Shown here: positions 24,945-37,460 of the stretch, one piece after another
How positions within the stretch are numbered: the stretch's first letter is position 1
Layout of the letters: each line of letters begins with the position of its first letter
Source: Squalus acanthias
Lineage: Eukaryota
Assembly (NCBI GenBank): GCA_030390025.1
Contig: CM059433.1
Span: forward strand, 12,092,001-12,156,000
Reading direction: 5' to 3'
DNA: 64,000 bases
Position numbers and translations under genes: made by a program
Notes under the pieces: generated by a model
What the model saw: only the letters and a program-made list of their open reading frames with translations
What the model was told of the DNA's origin: nothing
Databases searched by the model: none

Positions 24945-25824
24945 GGCCCTGAATTTCCGATCGGAGGCTTCCTGCGGGTGGATGCCTCCGATCAGAAAAA
25001 ATTCTACGAACTTACCTGCCCTAATTTATCCTCGTGTGTCTTGGTGTCAAATTTTGTGTCTTAAAATACTCCTGTGCAGCGCCTTGGGACGTTTTACTAC
25101 GTTAAAGGTGCTATATAAATACAATTTGTTGTTGGTTCCGTAGATACCGAGGCTTCCGCTCCTGGGCCTCTCCTCTTCGAAATGCGCAGAGGCCCACGTA
25201 TCCCAGGGGCGCATGCGGTTTGCAAGCACCCCTGGGATCACATGGGCCAGCCCAACCAATGGAAGAAGGGAATCCCCATTCATACTTTTGACAGTTCCTT
25301 ACGCACGGAACTGTGAAAAGTATGAATGGGGATGACTGCAAAAATGCACCAACACACTGAAATAAATAAAAACCATTACATATATAAAATTAATTAAAAT
25401 GCCATTTAATTAAATATGTTAAACAAAATTTTATTTTTTGAATTTTTTTTTAATATGTTTTAACGGGGCTTAATATAACCTTACATTATTGGACAGGATT
25501 TTTAATTTATAAGTGAGTGATAAAATCTTATTGTTCTAATTTTTAAAACTCTTATGCTGGTAAAAGCGGGCCTTACGCCTGCTTTTACCAGGCATAAGAA
25601 TTCTATGGCCTTTCAGCGGGCGGAAGTTGAGCAAGTAGCCCAATTCTCCACCCGCAAAGGCACTTTTCTTTGGCATGCGTTGGATCGGTCAAGAGAATTC
25701 TTGACAGATCGCAAGTTCCGGGTTTCAGCGCATGCGCTTTGCATGCCTAAACCCAGAACTTGCGCGGCCCCTACGGGCGCGTACACACCTCGTACGCACA
25801 TGTGGGGGTCGGAAATTCAGGGCT
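24945..25824 (+). mobile_element. MITE family A copy containing a nested L2 tail (about 25014-25134)
   Basis: 15-bp perfect TIR GCCCTGAATTTCCGA / TCGGAAATTCAGGGC; the insert ends GGTGCTATATAAATACAATTTGTTGTTG. Confidence 0.85.
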
Positions 25825-26110
25825 ACATACCTGTTTTGCAAATTTATTATAAAAGGGTTCAATTTTCCCCTCAACTGAGCTTGCTCAGCAATATGCCACA
25901 ATTAATTTCTTATTCCACTGAAATTTGCCTTCCTGAAATTGTATATTTCTGTCCTGGTCCTCATTGGAGCCTATTATCAGATGATCTCAAATGTAATCAT
26001 GCTATAATTTCTTATCCCCAGATGTTCTATATTATGGTTAACATTGTGAGGAGAGTTCTCTTGGTGAGGTCCATAATGCACAGAGTCAAGAAGCAGTCTT
26101 GTACCACAGT

Positions 26111-26655
26111 GTCAGCTGTGGCTCAGTTGGTAGCACTCTCGCCTGAGTCAGGAGGTTGTGGGTTCAAGTCCCACTCCAGAAACTTGAGCACAGAAATCTA
26201 GGCTGACACTCCAGTGCAGTGCTGAGGGAATGCTGCACTGTCGGAGGTGCCGTCTTTCAGATGAGACGTTAAACCGAGGCCCCGTCTGCCCGCTCAGGTG
26301 GATGCAATAGACCCCATGGCACTATTTTGAAGTCGCACAACAAGTGTTGTGCGACCTCTCAATTTTGTCCACCCCAGTCCAACACCGGCATCTCCGCATC
26401 ATGACCACTATTTTGAAGAACAGCAGGGGGAGTTCTCCAATGTCCTGGCCAATATTTATCCCTCAATCAATATCACCAAAAAACAGATTCTCTGGTCATT
26501 ATCACGTTGCTGTTTGTGGGAGCTTGCTGTGTGCAAATTAGCTGCCACATTTCCTACATTACAACATTTCAAAAGTACTTCATTGGCTGTAAAGCGCTTT
26601 GGGACGTCTGGAGGTTGTGAAAGGCGCAAAATAAATGCAAGTCTTTCTTTCTTTC
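26111..26655 (+). mobile_element. SacSINE1/DeuSINE-like SINE
   Basis: tRNA-like head (TGGCTCAGTTGG, GGTTCAAGTCCC), Deu-domain-like GGAGGTGCCGTCTTTCAGATGAGACGTTAAACCGAGGCCCCGTCTGCC, and an L2-like tail ending (TCTT)n. Confidence 0.85.
26333..26405. mobile_element. Collapsed 73-bp copy of the 8759-9023 fold-back element, nested in the SINE
   Basis: TSD CACTATTTTGAAG at 26320-26332 and 26406-26418; the insert is the reverse complement of 8756-8812 plus an 11-bp hairpin. Confidence 0.85.
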
Positions 26656-26789
26656 ACATTTACTAGTTATGTTGCCTTACTTCCATTAAGCATTCCTAGT
26701 TTGTACTGCATTGGTTGAAATCACCCAGTACTATCTTATCTGTACATATCCTTCTCATCTAACTGCATAAATTGCTATAATAGATGTAA

Positions 26790-27208
26790 ACAGCAATGAA
26801 CTTGTATTTATATTGTGTCTTTCATGATGTCAGGATGTCCCAAAGCACTTCACAACCAATGAAATGTAGTCATGTTGTAATGTAGGGAAATTTGGCAGCA
26901 AATTTGCACACAGCAAGGAGATCAATAATCCAGATAATTTGATTTAGTGATGTTGGTTGAGTGATAAATATTGGCCATGACACGGAGAATTCCCCAGCCC
27001 TTCTTTGAATAGTGCCATGGGATCTTTTGGGTCCATCTGAGAGGGCAGATAGGGATTCAGTTTAATGTCTGATTCAAAAGGCAGCACCTTTGATGGTGCA
27101 GAACTCCCTCAGGACTGCACTGAAGTATTAGCCTAGATTATGTGCTGAAGTCTCTGGAGTGGGGTTTGACTCAGAGGCAAAAAAGTTTTCCCACTGAACC
27201 AAGGCTAA
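26790..27208 (-). mobile_element. Older DeuSINE-like SINE copy
   Basis: Diverged reverse complement of 26111-26655. Confidence 0.75.
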
Positions 27209-27510
27209 CACAATGCTATGATAAACGTGGTAAGGAAAACTCCTGTCGGTCTGGAGATAGGAAATATAACCTGGGCAATCGGCTGTCTGCTATCAACCAC
27301 AGAACAGACTATAGCTACACACAACATATTCCCTGGCCATAAGTACTGAACAGTTAGAGCCAGGTGGCAAATGTAATTTGGGGTATTGACCATACCAATT
27401 TTTTTTTTTTAAACCACAGGAAGTCAAAGCTCTGCAGCCACTCCTGTAGTGTATATCAGCACCACATCATCCAAGGCACTGTTATGCGCCACCTTTCAGA
27501 ACTACTTTCA

Positions 27511-28390
27511 GCAAAATTAAATGCCATGTGATTAAAGGGACAGTGGCAGCGTGGATACAAAATTGGCTAAGAGACAGAAAGCAGAGAGTAGTGGCGAACG
27601 GTTGTTTTTCAGACTGGAGGGGAGTATACAGTGGAGTCCCCCAAGGGTCAGTATTAAGACCACTGCTCTTTTTGATATATATTAATGACCTGAACTTGGG
27701 TATACAGGGCATAATTTCAAAGTGTGCAGATGACATGAAACTCAGAAATGTAGTAAACAGTGAGGAGGATAGTAACACACTTTAGGAGGACAGACTGGTG
27801 AAATGGGCAGACATATGCAACTTAATGCAGAGAAGTGTGCACTGATGTATTCTGGTAGGAAGACTGAGGAGAGGCAATATAAACTAAATGGTAGAATTTT
27901 AAAGGGGGTACAGAAACAGAGACCTGGGAGGTGTATGTACAGAAATCTTTAAAAGGTGGCAAGACAAGTTGAGAAGGCTGTTAAAAAAGCATACGGGACC
28001 CTTGGCTTTATAAACAGGCACAGAGTACAAAAGCAAGGAAGTTATGTTAAACCTTTATAAATCACTGGTTAGGCCCCAGCTGGAGTATAGTGTTCAATTC
28101 TGGGCACCACGCCGTAGGAAGAATGACAAGGCCATAGAGAGGGTGCAGAGGAGATTTACTGGAATGGTACCAGGGATGTGGGACTTCAGTTATGTGGAAA
28201 GACTAGAAAAGCTGAGGTTGTTCTCCTTAGAACAGAGAAGGTTAAGAGGAAATTTAATATAGCTGCTCAAAAATCAGGAAGGGTTTTTATAAAGTAAATA
28301 AGGAGAAACTATTTCTAGTGGCAGAAGGGTTGGTAATCAGAGGGCACAGATTTAAGGTAATTGACAAAAGAACCAGGGTTAGATGAGGAG
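27511..28390 (+). mobile_element. CR1 LINE RT/C-terminal fragment
   Basis: ORFs 27528..27785 (WIQNWLRDRKQRVV..GVPQGSVL) and 28044..28262. Confidence 0.9.
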
Positions 28391-30645
28391 AATTCCAAAG
28401 ATTCACAACCCTCAGTGAAGAAATTCCTCCTCATCTTAGTCTTAAATGGCCAACCCCTTATCCTGAGGCCCCCTAGTTCTAGACTCTCCAGCCAGGGGAA
28501 ACAACCTCTTAGCATCTACCCTGTCAATCCCACTCAGAATCTTGCATGTTTCAATGAGATCACCTCTCATTCTTCTAAACTCCAGAGAGTATAGGCCCAA
28601 TCTACTCAATCTCTCCTCACAGGACAACCCTCTCATCCCAGGAATCAATCTCGTGAACCTTTGTTGCACCGCCTCGGAGCAAATATATCCTTCCTCATAA
28701 GGAGACCAAAACTATGCACAGTACTCCAGGCGTGGTCTCACCAAAGCCCTGTACAATTGTAGCAAGACTTCCTTACTCTTGTACTCCAACCCCCTTGCAA
28801 TAAAGGCCAACATGCCTTCCCAATTGCTTGCTGTACCTGCATGCTAACTCGTGTTTCCTGTACGAGGACACCTAAATCTTTCTGAACACCAACATTTAAC
28901 AGTTTCTCACTATTTAAAAAAATATTGTTTTTTTCTATTCTTCCTACCAAAGTGAATAAGCTCACGTTTCCCCACATTATACTCCATCTGCCACCTTATT
29001 GCCTACTCACTTAACCTGTCTACATCCCTTTGCAGGCTCTTTGTGTCCTTCTCACAGCTTACTTTCCCACCTAGCTTTGTATCATCAGCAAACTTGGATA
29101 TATTTCACTCGGTCCCTTTCTGCCAAGTCATTAATATAGATTGTAAATAACTGAGGCCCAAGCATTGATCCTTGCGGCACCCTACTAGTTACAGCCTGCC
29201 AACCTAAAAATTACCCGTTTATCCCTACTCTCTGTTTTCTGTCCGTTAACCAATCCTCTATCCATGCTAACATATTACCTCAACCCCATGAGCCCTTATC
29301 TTGCACAACAACCTTTTATGTGGCACCTTATCGAATGCCTTCTGGAAATCCAAATATACTACATCCACTGGTTCCCCTTTATCTACCCTGCTAGTTACAG
29401 CCTCAAAAAACTCTAATAAATTTGTTAAACACAATTTCTCTTTCATAAAAGCATGTTGACTCTGCCTAACCATATTATGATTTAAGTGTCCTGTTTCCAC
29501 GTCCTTAATAATGGATTCCAGCATTTTCCCAATGACTGATGTCAGGCTAAGTGGCCTGTAGTTCCCCGTTTTCTCTCTCCCTTCTTTCTTGAATACTGGA
29601 GTTACATTTGTTACCTTCCAGTCCGCTGGGACCGTTCTAGAATCTAGGGATTTTAGGAAGATCACAACCAATGCATCCACTATCTCTGCAGCCACCTCTT
29701 TTAGAACCCTAGGATGTAGGCCATCAGGTCCAGGGGATGTGTCAGCTTTTAGCCCCATTAGTTTCTCAAGTACTTTTTCTCTACTGATCTTAATTACTTT
29801 AAGTATCTCACTCTCATTATCCCCTTGGTTCCCCACTATTTTTGGTATGCTTTTTGTGTCTTCTACTGTGAAGACAGATACAAAATATTTGTTTAAAGTC
29901 TCATCCATTTCCTTATTCCCCATTATAATTTCTCCTGTCTCAGCTTCTAAGGGACCAATGCTTACTTTTGCTACTCTCATCCTTTTTACATACTTGTAGC
30001 TCTTACAATTTGTTTTTATATTTCTTGCTAGTTTACTCTCATTCTATTTTCTCCCTTTTTATCAATTTTATCGTCATCCTTTGCCGTTTTCTAAAGCTCT
30101 CGCAATCCTCGGGCTTACTACTATTCTTTGCCACATTATAAGCATCTTCGTTCAATCTAATACTATCCTTAACTCCTTTAGTTAGCCACGGATGGATCAC
30201 TTTTCCCGTGGAGTTTTTATTTCTCAAAGGTGGCAAGACAAGTTGAGAAGGCTGTTAAAAAAGCATACGGGACCCTTGGCTTTATAAACAGGCACATGAG
30301 AATTTTGGAATATTTCTTTAAATGTTTGCCACTGCTTATCTACCATCATACATTTTAAGCTAATTTCTCAATCTACCTTAGCCAACTCGCCCCTCATGCC
30401 TATGTAATTGGCTTTATTTAAGTTTAAAACTCTAGTTTAGGATTTAAGTATGTCACTCTCAAATTCAATGTGAAAGTCTATCATATTATGATCACTCTTC
30501 CCCAGAGGATCCTTTACAATGAGTTTACTAATTAACCCTGTCTCATTACACAATACAAGATTTAAAGTACCCGGTTCCCTTGTTGGTTCCACAACGTATT
30601 GTTCTAGGAACTGTCTCGAATGCATTCCATGAACTCGTCCTCCAG
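28388..30645 (-). mobile_element. CR1 LINE, about 2.2 kb of decayed ORF2
   Basis: ORF 29267..29980 (SPGPDGLHPRVLKE, GNYRP.SLTSV, YLDFQKAFDKVPH) and neighbouring ORFs. Confidence 0.92.
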
Positions 30646-33047
30646 AATACTATTCAAATACAGGGGCACAGTTTTTCCTCTCTTATCCAAAAGTGCGGAG
30701 GACAATGGTGGCACCTCTATCACTGCCCCACCCCACTACAAACGAGGATCAAACCTGCGACCGTCATAGTGAGTATTGTTCAGCTACTTACATAACCATC
30801 TGAGCCATCAGGAGAACTGAAATAACTCAGCTTCACACGGTGTTCCAGCTTCTCTATAGATGGCAAATCTGGTTCAGCTACAAAGATTGCCTGTCTTCAT
30901 GATCTTAATCTATCTATCTATGGGCAAAGCTACACGAGGAATTTACACTCAACGAACTTTATGTAAAGTAACATACTGCACACCTACAAGCTCCAGAAAC
31001 TAGTCCAATCAGAAACTTCACAAGGGTACTTACACCCATTAGTTTATCAAATCATAGAAAGACTTAAAACTGCAGCTTTTCAGCCTCTCAACAAAATTCT
31101 TAAAATTAAAATTCAACCACTAAATCTTTGATACTATACAACAGCATCAAACAAGTGAGCTGCCATCACACTGCTCATGTATGCGTACATGGTGCCAAAG
31201 GTCTTCCTTTGTACAAATACATTACTATGCATTTGTCCTAAGCCACTTTCCCAAAAATGACAGGTCAGACAAATGCAGAAGCATCCAGAAACCGTGGGCA
31301 TAGACTCTCTGCAGTGTGGAACTCAGCCAAGAGCAGAAAGATCTCAGGACTGATCTCTATCCGTGTTAAATTAGCTGACCTCCAAATGGGTGCTTGGGCT
31401 TGACGGGGAGGGAGCAGGCGAAAATCATCCATCATTCTCACTGATCACTCTCTAGTGACTCCTGTTTGAAAGCAAGTATGTGTTGATATCCGGTGAAAAT
31501 TAGGTCAGAGCTGGCTATGATGCTCCCACAGTCGAATAGGCTGTGAACACTGACTGCTTCGATTTGCACAAAAGGAACAGCCACTTGAGAAAGAAAGAAT
31601 CTAGAGGGAAGCTGGAGCCTGTAGAACTGTTCCTCTATAATCAGGAGAGATGAGGAGGTGCAAAAAAAAAACCCACAATGATAATAAATCAGGCAGGACC
31701 AGGATGCTGCTTCTAAATTGGAAACAGTCTTATAAATTAGTTCAAAATACTAGAAAATAAATCTGAGTGATGAATGGGATTTATTTAATGGTCAGGGTTG
31801 GTCACGTGCTAATGCGCTAATAGGAACACTAACATTCCAATTCACACCTAGCTGAAACATGAAAAGGTTTTGATGCATTTCGATAGAGGAGTTTGTAAAG
31901 CTAGTTGTGGTGTTTTAACCCATTTTATGTCATGAGAGAACATTTTAACATCTTGAATTGTTCCAGATTAAATCATTTAGAATGGAAATGGCACTCAGAT
32001 TTTAGGATCAGAAGTGAATTAGGATTAAAAAAAGGTCCAATTGAATTGACAGTTGATAGTGATGATTGTAATGCTACAAGACAGCAGAGGGCGATGTTCT
32101 GCACTATAATAAATTGACCTATATAAATTTATTCTGATTTTTCATGCAGAATACCACAGCTGGTGCCCTGGCACACATTTGTAGCATTTCTAATAGGAAA
32201 ACCTGGTATGTTTTAAAAGAGGCATTTTAGATAACCTTCCCTTTTGACCCATTAATTGAACTGATTGGGTTATCAGATACCATTCCTAAAATTTCAGTGT
32301 CTGTTGCTGTGGTAAATTAAAATGATTTTAGTTCCCTGGACAGATGAATTAAGTTATCTAATTAATTAGTGCGGTTTGCTTATCTGGTTTAATAATTTAT
32401 ATCTTCTGTTCACTCGTTATTTTTGAAATGGTAAACAGTAGCCCATAAACATGTGTATCTTACTGTAGAGGTAGGAATAAAGCAGAATTTTAAATAATAT
32501 AATCAAGGAGTCTAGATATCATAATTAGCCTGGTAAAATCACATATAAAGTTCAAGGCTTTAGAAGTTATCTGAATTGCAAAGTTACTATATCCTTCCCA
32601 TGGTTTACCCCCCCAAATATTTAATTTCTGTTGTAAATATTTGTTACAAGCACTGCAATGATCAATTGCACAAGCATGCGTCCAGTAAAGAAAGGTAATT
32701 TTCACATCAATGCTGGTTTATTCATCTTTGAGCATCCACTGCAGTATGTACTGGTTCTTTGGGACATGCTTTATTAGAAATAATAAATAAATCTTTCTAG
32801 AACTGGACATTGCTTTGGATTTCAGAACAAGTTACATATGTCTGCACACAAGCTATTTTCTTTCGTTAAAAACAGATATCTTGACTTTATCCGGTGCATA
32901 TGGTTTAAATCAACTGCACACTCCCAGTTTCTTCGACCTCCTACGATACACATTTACAGGAATTGATTAAACTGCTGCATTGTCCACAGAAGTGCTCAGA
33001 TTATCAGGTATATACGGTAATTCTGCAGTTCACAGCCACCCACGTAC

Positions 33048-33121
33048 CTTCATCATCAGCAGGCAGTTTGCCATGGAGTACATCACACGCCCCAGACGTG
33101 ACCTCCACAACTGCATAGAAG
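33048..33121 (-). CDS. TRAPPC12: TRAPPC12 coding exon, 74 bp: [25 protein letters not shown]
   Basis: gtcttgcag|CTTCTATG...ATGAAG|gtacgt; phase 1 in, phase 0 out; conserved [18 protein letters not shown] motif. Confidence 0.96.
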
Positions 33122-33809
33122 CTGCAAGACACAGGAGCATCTCATGAAGATATGGCACACAAATAATTGCTTTCTGTTACTGGCTTCATTGATTCAACTA
33201 CCAGTTAGTACTGCCTATGGATTACAATAATTGACGAATATTCTATCATTATTACTTCCCAGGAAAAAAAAATATTGCCCGTGCATTGCTCCTGCAAAAC
33301 AACAATAGGGCTACAAACAGATTTATAAAAGCTGATGTTAATGTCTTGTTTGTATTGGGTAATGTGGCCCTTTGTGGCCTATATAAAATTTTCTTTTTTT
33401 TGTTACTGTTAGAATATCTTAGACAGGAGAATATAAGTGATGGAAATTCTGCCATACCTCCACCACAGTTAATTTTATGAAAATCATGCAAGATTTAAAA
33501 AAAAAAATTCTATTGCAATTAGGGTGTGTACTACATTTCAGAATATTTTATAAAAGCAAAGTAGAAATAACGTAAATCTATACAAGGCCAATATGCAGCA
33601 CCACATCACATCCTTCGGTCACACTGTTAACATTGACACGAATGGCCCTGATAAATAATTAAACTTTCACAGCTTACCTATGCCATACTAATATAACTAT
33701 AGCCTCAAGGATAGCAGCTGTATTGCATTACTTACAAGAATTACGTACTTGCTGGGTATACTTGCCTATTTATATATCAAGAGTCATAAAACCCTGAAAT
33801 CCCCCCCCC

Positions 33810-34400
33810 CCCCCTCTTAATCCTTCTCCAATTTCTCCTGATATTTTTCCCAGTGGTCTTAAAGGCAGTGACTCATACTAGCGAAGCACTGGCCCTCAGT
33901 ATGGCCACAAGCCAAGTGGCCATTCTTCTTGCGGGAGCAATGGACAGCAAGCATTAAGGAGCTATTCAACTACAGGCTCATCACAGCCAGAGTTGACCTT
34001 TTTTCTTATCAGCGTTCACCCTTCCTTTTCTCAACTGAAAGTGCTGACTCCCTGCTGGGGTACTCATCACCTTATGGTACCTCACCCAAGTGACAATTAT
34101 TGATACATGAGCCCAGAGTGCAAGTGTCAGTAGAATATTTTAATTGTGAGGGCCATCACAGCCAAACCCAATCTTGTCCATTCCCAAAGTTCACACACAA
34201 GCATTTACAGCAGGGCTCACTGGATTAGTGATCAGTAATGGGAACATTCGCTGATTTCCTCTCCCTAATCCAGGGACGCCAAGGACAGTTGTAGTCCCTC
34301 TACTGCTATCCCCAGCTGCGATCAGCTAACTCAGCACAAACTTTGTACCTTTCTGATGTGTACTGCTCAGCTACTCAATCAATAAATTTCCTGAGCTATT
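33810..34400 (-). mobile_element. Two adjacent old SINE-like repeat fragments (same family as 22150-22480)
   Basis: CAAGTGGCCATTCTTC...CATCACAGCCAGAG recurs in diverged form at about 34088-34165; head-like GATCAGCTAACTCAGCACA near 34320. Confidence 0.45.
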
Positions 34401-35596
34401 TGGGAAGCTGGAAAAGCTGGAAAGAAAAACAACAAAGGATAAGCATATGCCCATCCAGGTCAAAAATCATTCTGTAATTAATTTGGATTCAATGGTCCGC
34501 TCAATTTAATTGCTTCTAGGTGCTGCCACCTTGTTTGTTTATATTCACTTTTGATCCCATCCAACACTGCCATCTTAACCACTTGGCTTTGCTCAGAACC
34601 AATCCAGTCTGTCAGGAACCAATCCTCCAACATTTATCTTCAAAAGCAGAATTCTTGGCCCTGTCTCAACATATCAACATTTGAAGATATAGAACGTGAA
34701 ATTCATACACAAGTCAAAACGGCTTATTCTTCTATGAAATTATATCCTGCCTTGCACCATATACCCAAAACAGAGTGTGACAATGGGCAGAATGAAAGAA
34801 ATTATGAAGACAGTTAAAGGACATTAAAATCGGAAGACAATAATTATGCATTAAGCTAAAAATGATTTCCAAAGTTACAGATGAAACAGTCAGAACCAGG
34901 TTTAATATCAAAATAAGCAAGTCGTACATGTCACTGTTACAAATGACATTAGAAATTCTTCCCCCATGTATATCTGCTGTTGTGCTTTTTGATTTAAAGA
35001 TATCTTTTTCTCCTCAGAATCGTTGTTGGAGAAAAATAAGAGACTCAATATATTGTAAGTAAACCCATATGCAGCTGAACTGGAACTGTAGCCATATTAT
35101 ATACACACACATATATACATACGTATATGCAATCTATAAATATTCTGAGAATTGTTTTAATGATTAATTGTTTCAAAGTTAGTTGCTGCAGAGTACTATT
35201 CACAACCTGTTTTTTTGCTCCATTTCCATTTTTATAGATAACTCTATGAATTAATCTCTACATTGTTAGATGTCTGTAGCTACTTTTCTGCAGTATATTT
35301 TAGGTCTGGTGCAGCTCACTGCAAGTAACTCAAGCAGGAACCAAGCCCCAAGGTAGCATGCAAAAATCTTACATTTAATTTTTAAGTGTTGCTTTACTTA
35401 TGAAATGTGCTTGTAAGGTGTAATAATGAACTGAATTCTCCAATTACAAAAAACTTAAAAGAAACTGAAGTTACTGAAGGTCTGCGGTTATTAAAACTAT
35501 GGATACATACTTCAGTGTCTCCACAATGCATCAACATTTGTGTAAATGTTAATATGGAAGTCTGTAAAGGTTTACAATTTGGCTTTATATTTTTCA

Positions 35597-35916
35597 GCCT
35601 CCTTGAAAAAGTGCAACATCCCCACCGACACCTGGGAATCCCTGGCCCAAGACCGCACAAAGTGGAGGAGAAGCATCCGGGAAGGCGCCAAACACCTCGG
35701 ATCTCTTTGCCGGGAGCAAGCGGAAGCCAAGCGCAAACAGTGGAAGGAGCGCACGTCAACCCAAGCACCCCACCCACCCGCCCCTTCAACCACCGTCTGC
35801 CCCACCTGTGACAGAGACTGTAGGTCCCGCATCGGACTCATCAGTCACCTGAGAACTCATTTTTAGTGTGGAAGCAAGTCATCCTTGGTTCCAAGGGACT
35901 GCCTAAGAGAAGAGAG
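35597..35916 (+). mobile_element. RTE-clade LINE 3' end with 10-bp TSD
   Basis: ORF 35546..35866 reads SLKKCNIPTDTWESLAQDRTKWRRSI...CPTCDRDCRSRIGLISHLRTH (C2H2-like finger); GA-rich tail; TSD ATATTTTTCA at 35587-35596 and 35917-35926. Confidence 0.85.
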
Positions 35917-36873
35917 ATATTTTTCATACAGCAAAATTAAAAAGTTAAAGATATCGCAAGTAATAAATTAGACATTGTACAAGCTTGCACTGAGAAATCC
36001 TAATTTTCTATTGCTAATCCCAAATAAATTTTCTGCTATACCAAAAGTTAGGTCAGTAGTTTAGTGCGAAGAATACTTTTACAGAACCAAATCGGTGCAC
36101 AACATTGTAGCCATGTTTGCCTACGTGACAGTTACTGCACTTCAACTTAACTCATTGTGCATGAAGCACTGAGATGTTTGGGAAATATATGGCACAAATA
36201 AAATCCAAGTCTTTTTTATAAAAGAATTACTGTACAGGCAGTTTACCTCTGCAAATCATACATTTGATAAATAAAAATGCCAAATGTAAGAAATGGGTAT
36301 TTACTACTACTCTGGTACTGAAATTTTGTAACACTCCACACTTGAAATTTATATTGGCAACTCCTCTGCAATTTAGATACTGCAACATTTTACACACAAG
36401 ATAAAGAAGAGCTACTTTTTGTGAAATATCTTGTGTACGATGCACAGTGCTGCATTTACAAATTGTTAGGAAGTTATTTTAATTAAAACAGCAGGCCTGT
36501 TAAATGATATTTAAGGAAATATACCAATACTATTTAATTTTGCATCTCCAGAGGACATTCATTCCAAAATTGCCAGTCTACCAAACCCACAGTCTTCACA
36601 GTGTTTCTTGTATATATCACCACTTGTCTGTGGCTGGGAGTCAAGATGTACTGAGTTAGGATTATGCAGCCACAATGCCATCCAGCCAAAGCAAAGGTGG
36701 ATTTCTTGATGAAGGAAGAACTCTCAGTATTCTTTCTTTTATTAAACAGAAATTTCATTTTTTTCCCTCCACTTCCGAAAAGTTCGAAAAGCACCAGTTA
36801 ATCTCTGATAACCTCATACTCTGCGGTACCTCGCCAAAATCACCTTTATTTATGCATAATCATGCTTGCTGAC

Positions 36874-37037
36874 CAATGTTTCCCGTAATTCTCTTCTGGG
36901 TGTGCGGCTGCTTTAAGTGGCTGCGTGGCCCATTGACAGTTTCACGCATGTGCGAACCTTAACTTTGAAAAGTTGGTCCCCGGGCTGTGCAGGACCGGTA
37001 GAGAGCTGCACGGGCGTGCAGCTTAGAGGGAATGTTG
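36874..37037. mobile_element. hAT-type MITE, 164 bp
   Basis: TIRs CAATGTTTCCCGTAA / TTAGAGGGAATGTTG; 8-bp TSD TTGCTGAC (36866-36873) / TCGCTGAC (37038-37045). Confidence 0.75.
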
Positions 37038-37460
37038 TCGCTGACCTACGTTGGCTTCCGGTCCGGCAACAGCTTGATTTAAAATTCTCATCCTTGTTTT
37101 CAAATTCCTCCATGACCTCGCCCCTCCCTATCGCTGTAACCTCCTCCAGCCCTAAAAGCCTCAGAGATCTCTGCGTCCTCCAATTCTGGCCTCTTGTGCA
37201 CCCCCGATTTCAATCGCTTTACCACTGAAGTTTGCGCCTTCAGCTGCCTGGGCCCTAAGCTCTGGTATGCCCTCCCTAAATCTCTCCTCCTTTAAGACGT
37301 TCCTTAAAACTTACCTCTTTGACCAAACTTTTGGTCACTTACCCTAATATCTCCTTGTGGCTCGGTGTCAAATTTTGTTTGATAACGTTCCTGTGAAGCG
37401 CCTTGGGATGTTTTACTATGTTAACGGCACTATATAAATTCAAGGTGGTGGTGTTGTTGT
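37038..37460 (+). mobile_element. L2 LINE 3' end
   Basis: ADLRWLPVRQQLDLK motif; GTGAAGCGCCTTGGGA...CTATATAAAT tail with (GTT)n. Confidence 0.85.

Noticed and set aside
25554..26201. 215-aa ORF
   Set aside because: It runs across a MITE end, unique sequence and a SINE head, so it is a chance read-through.
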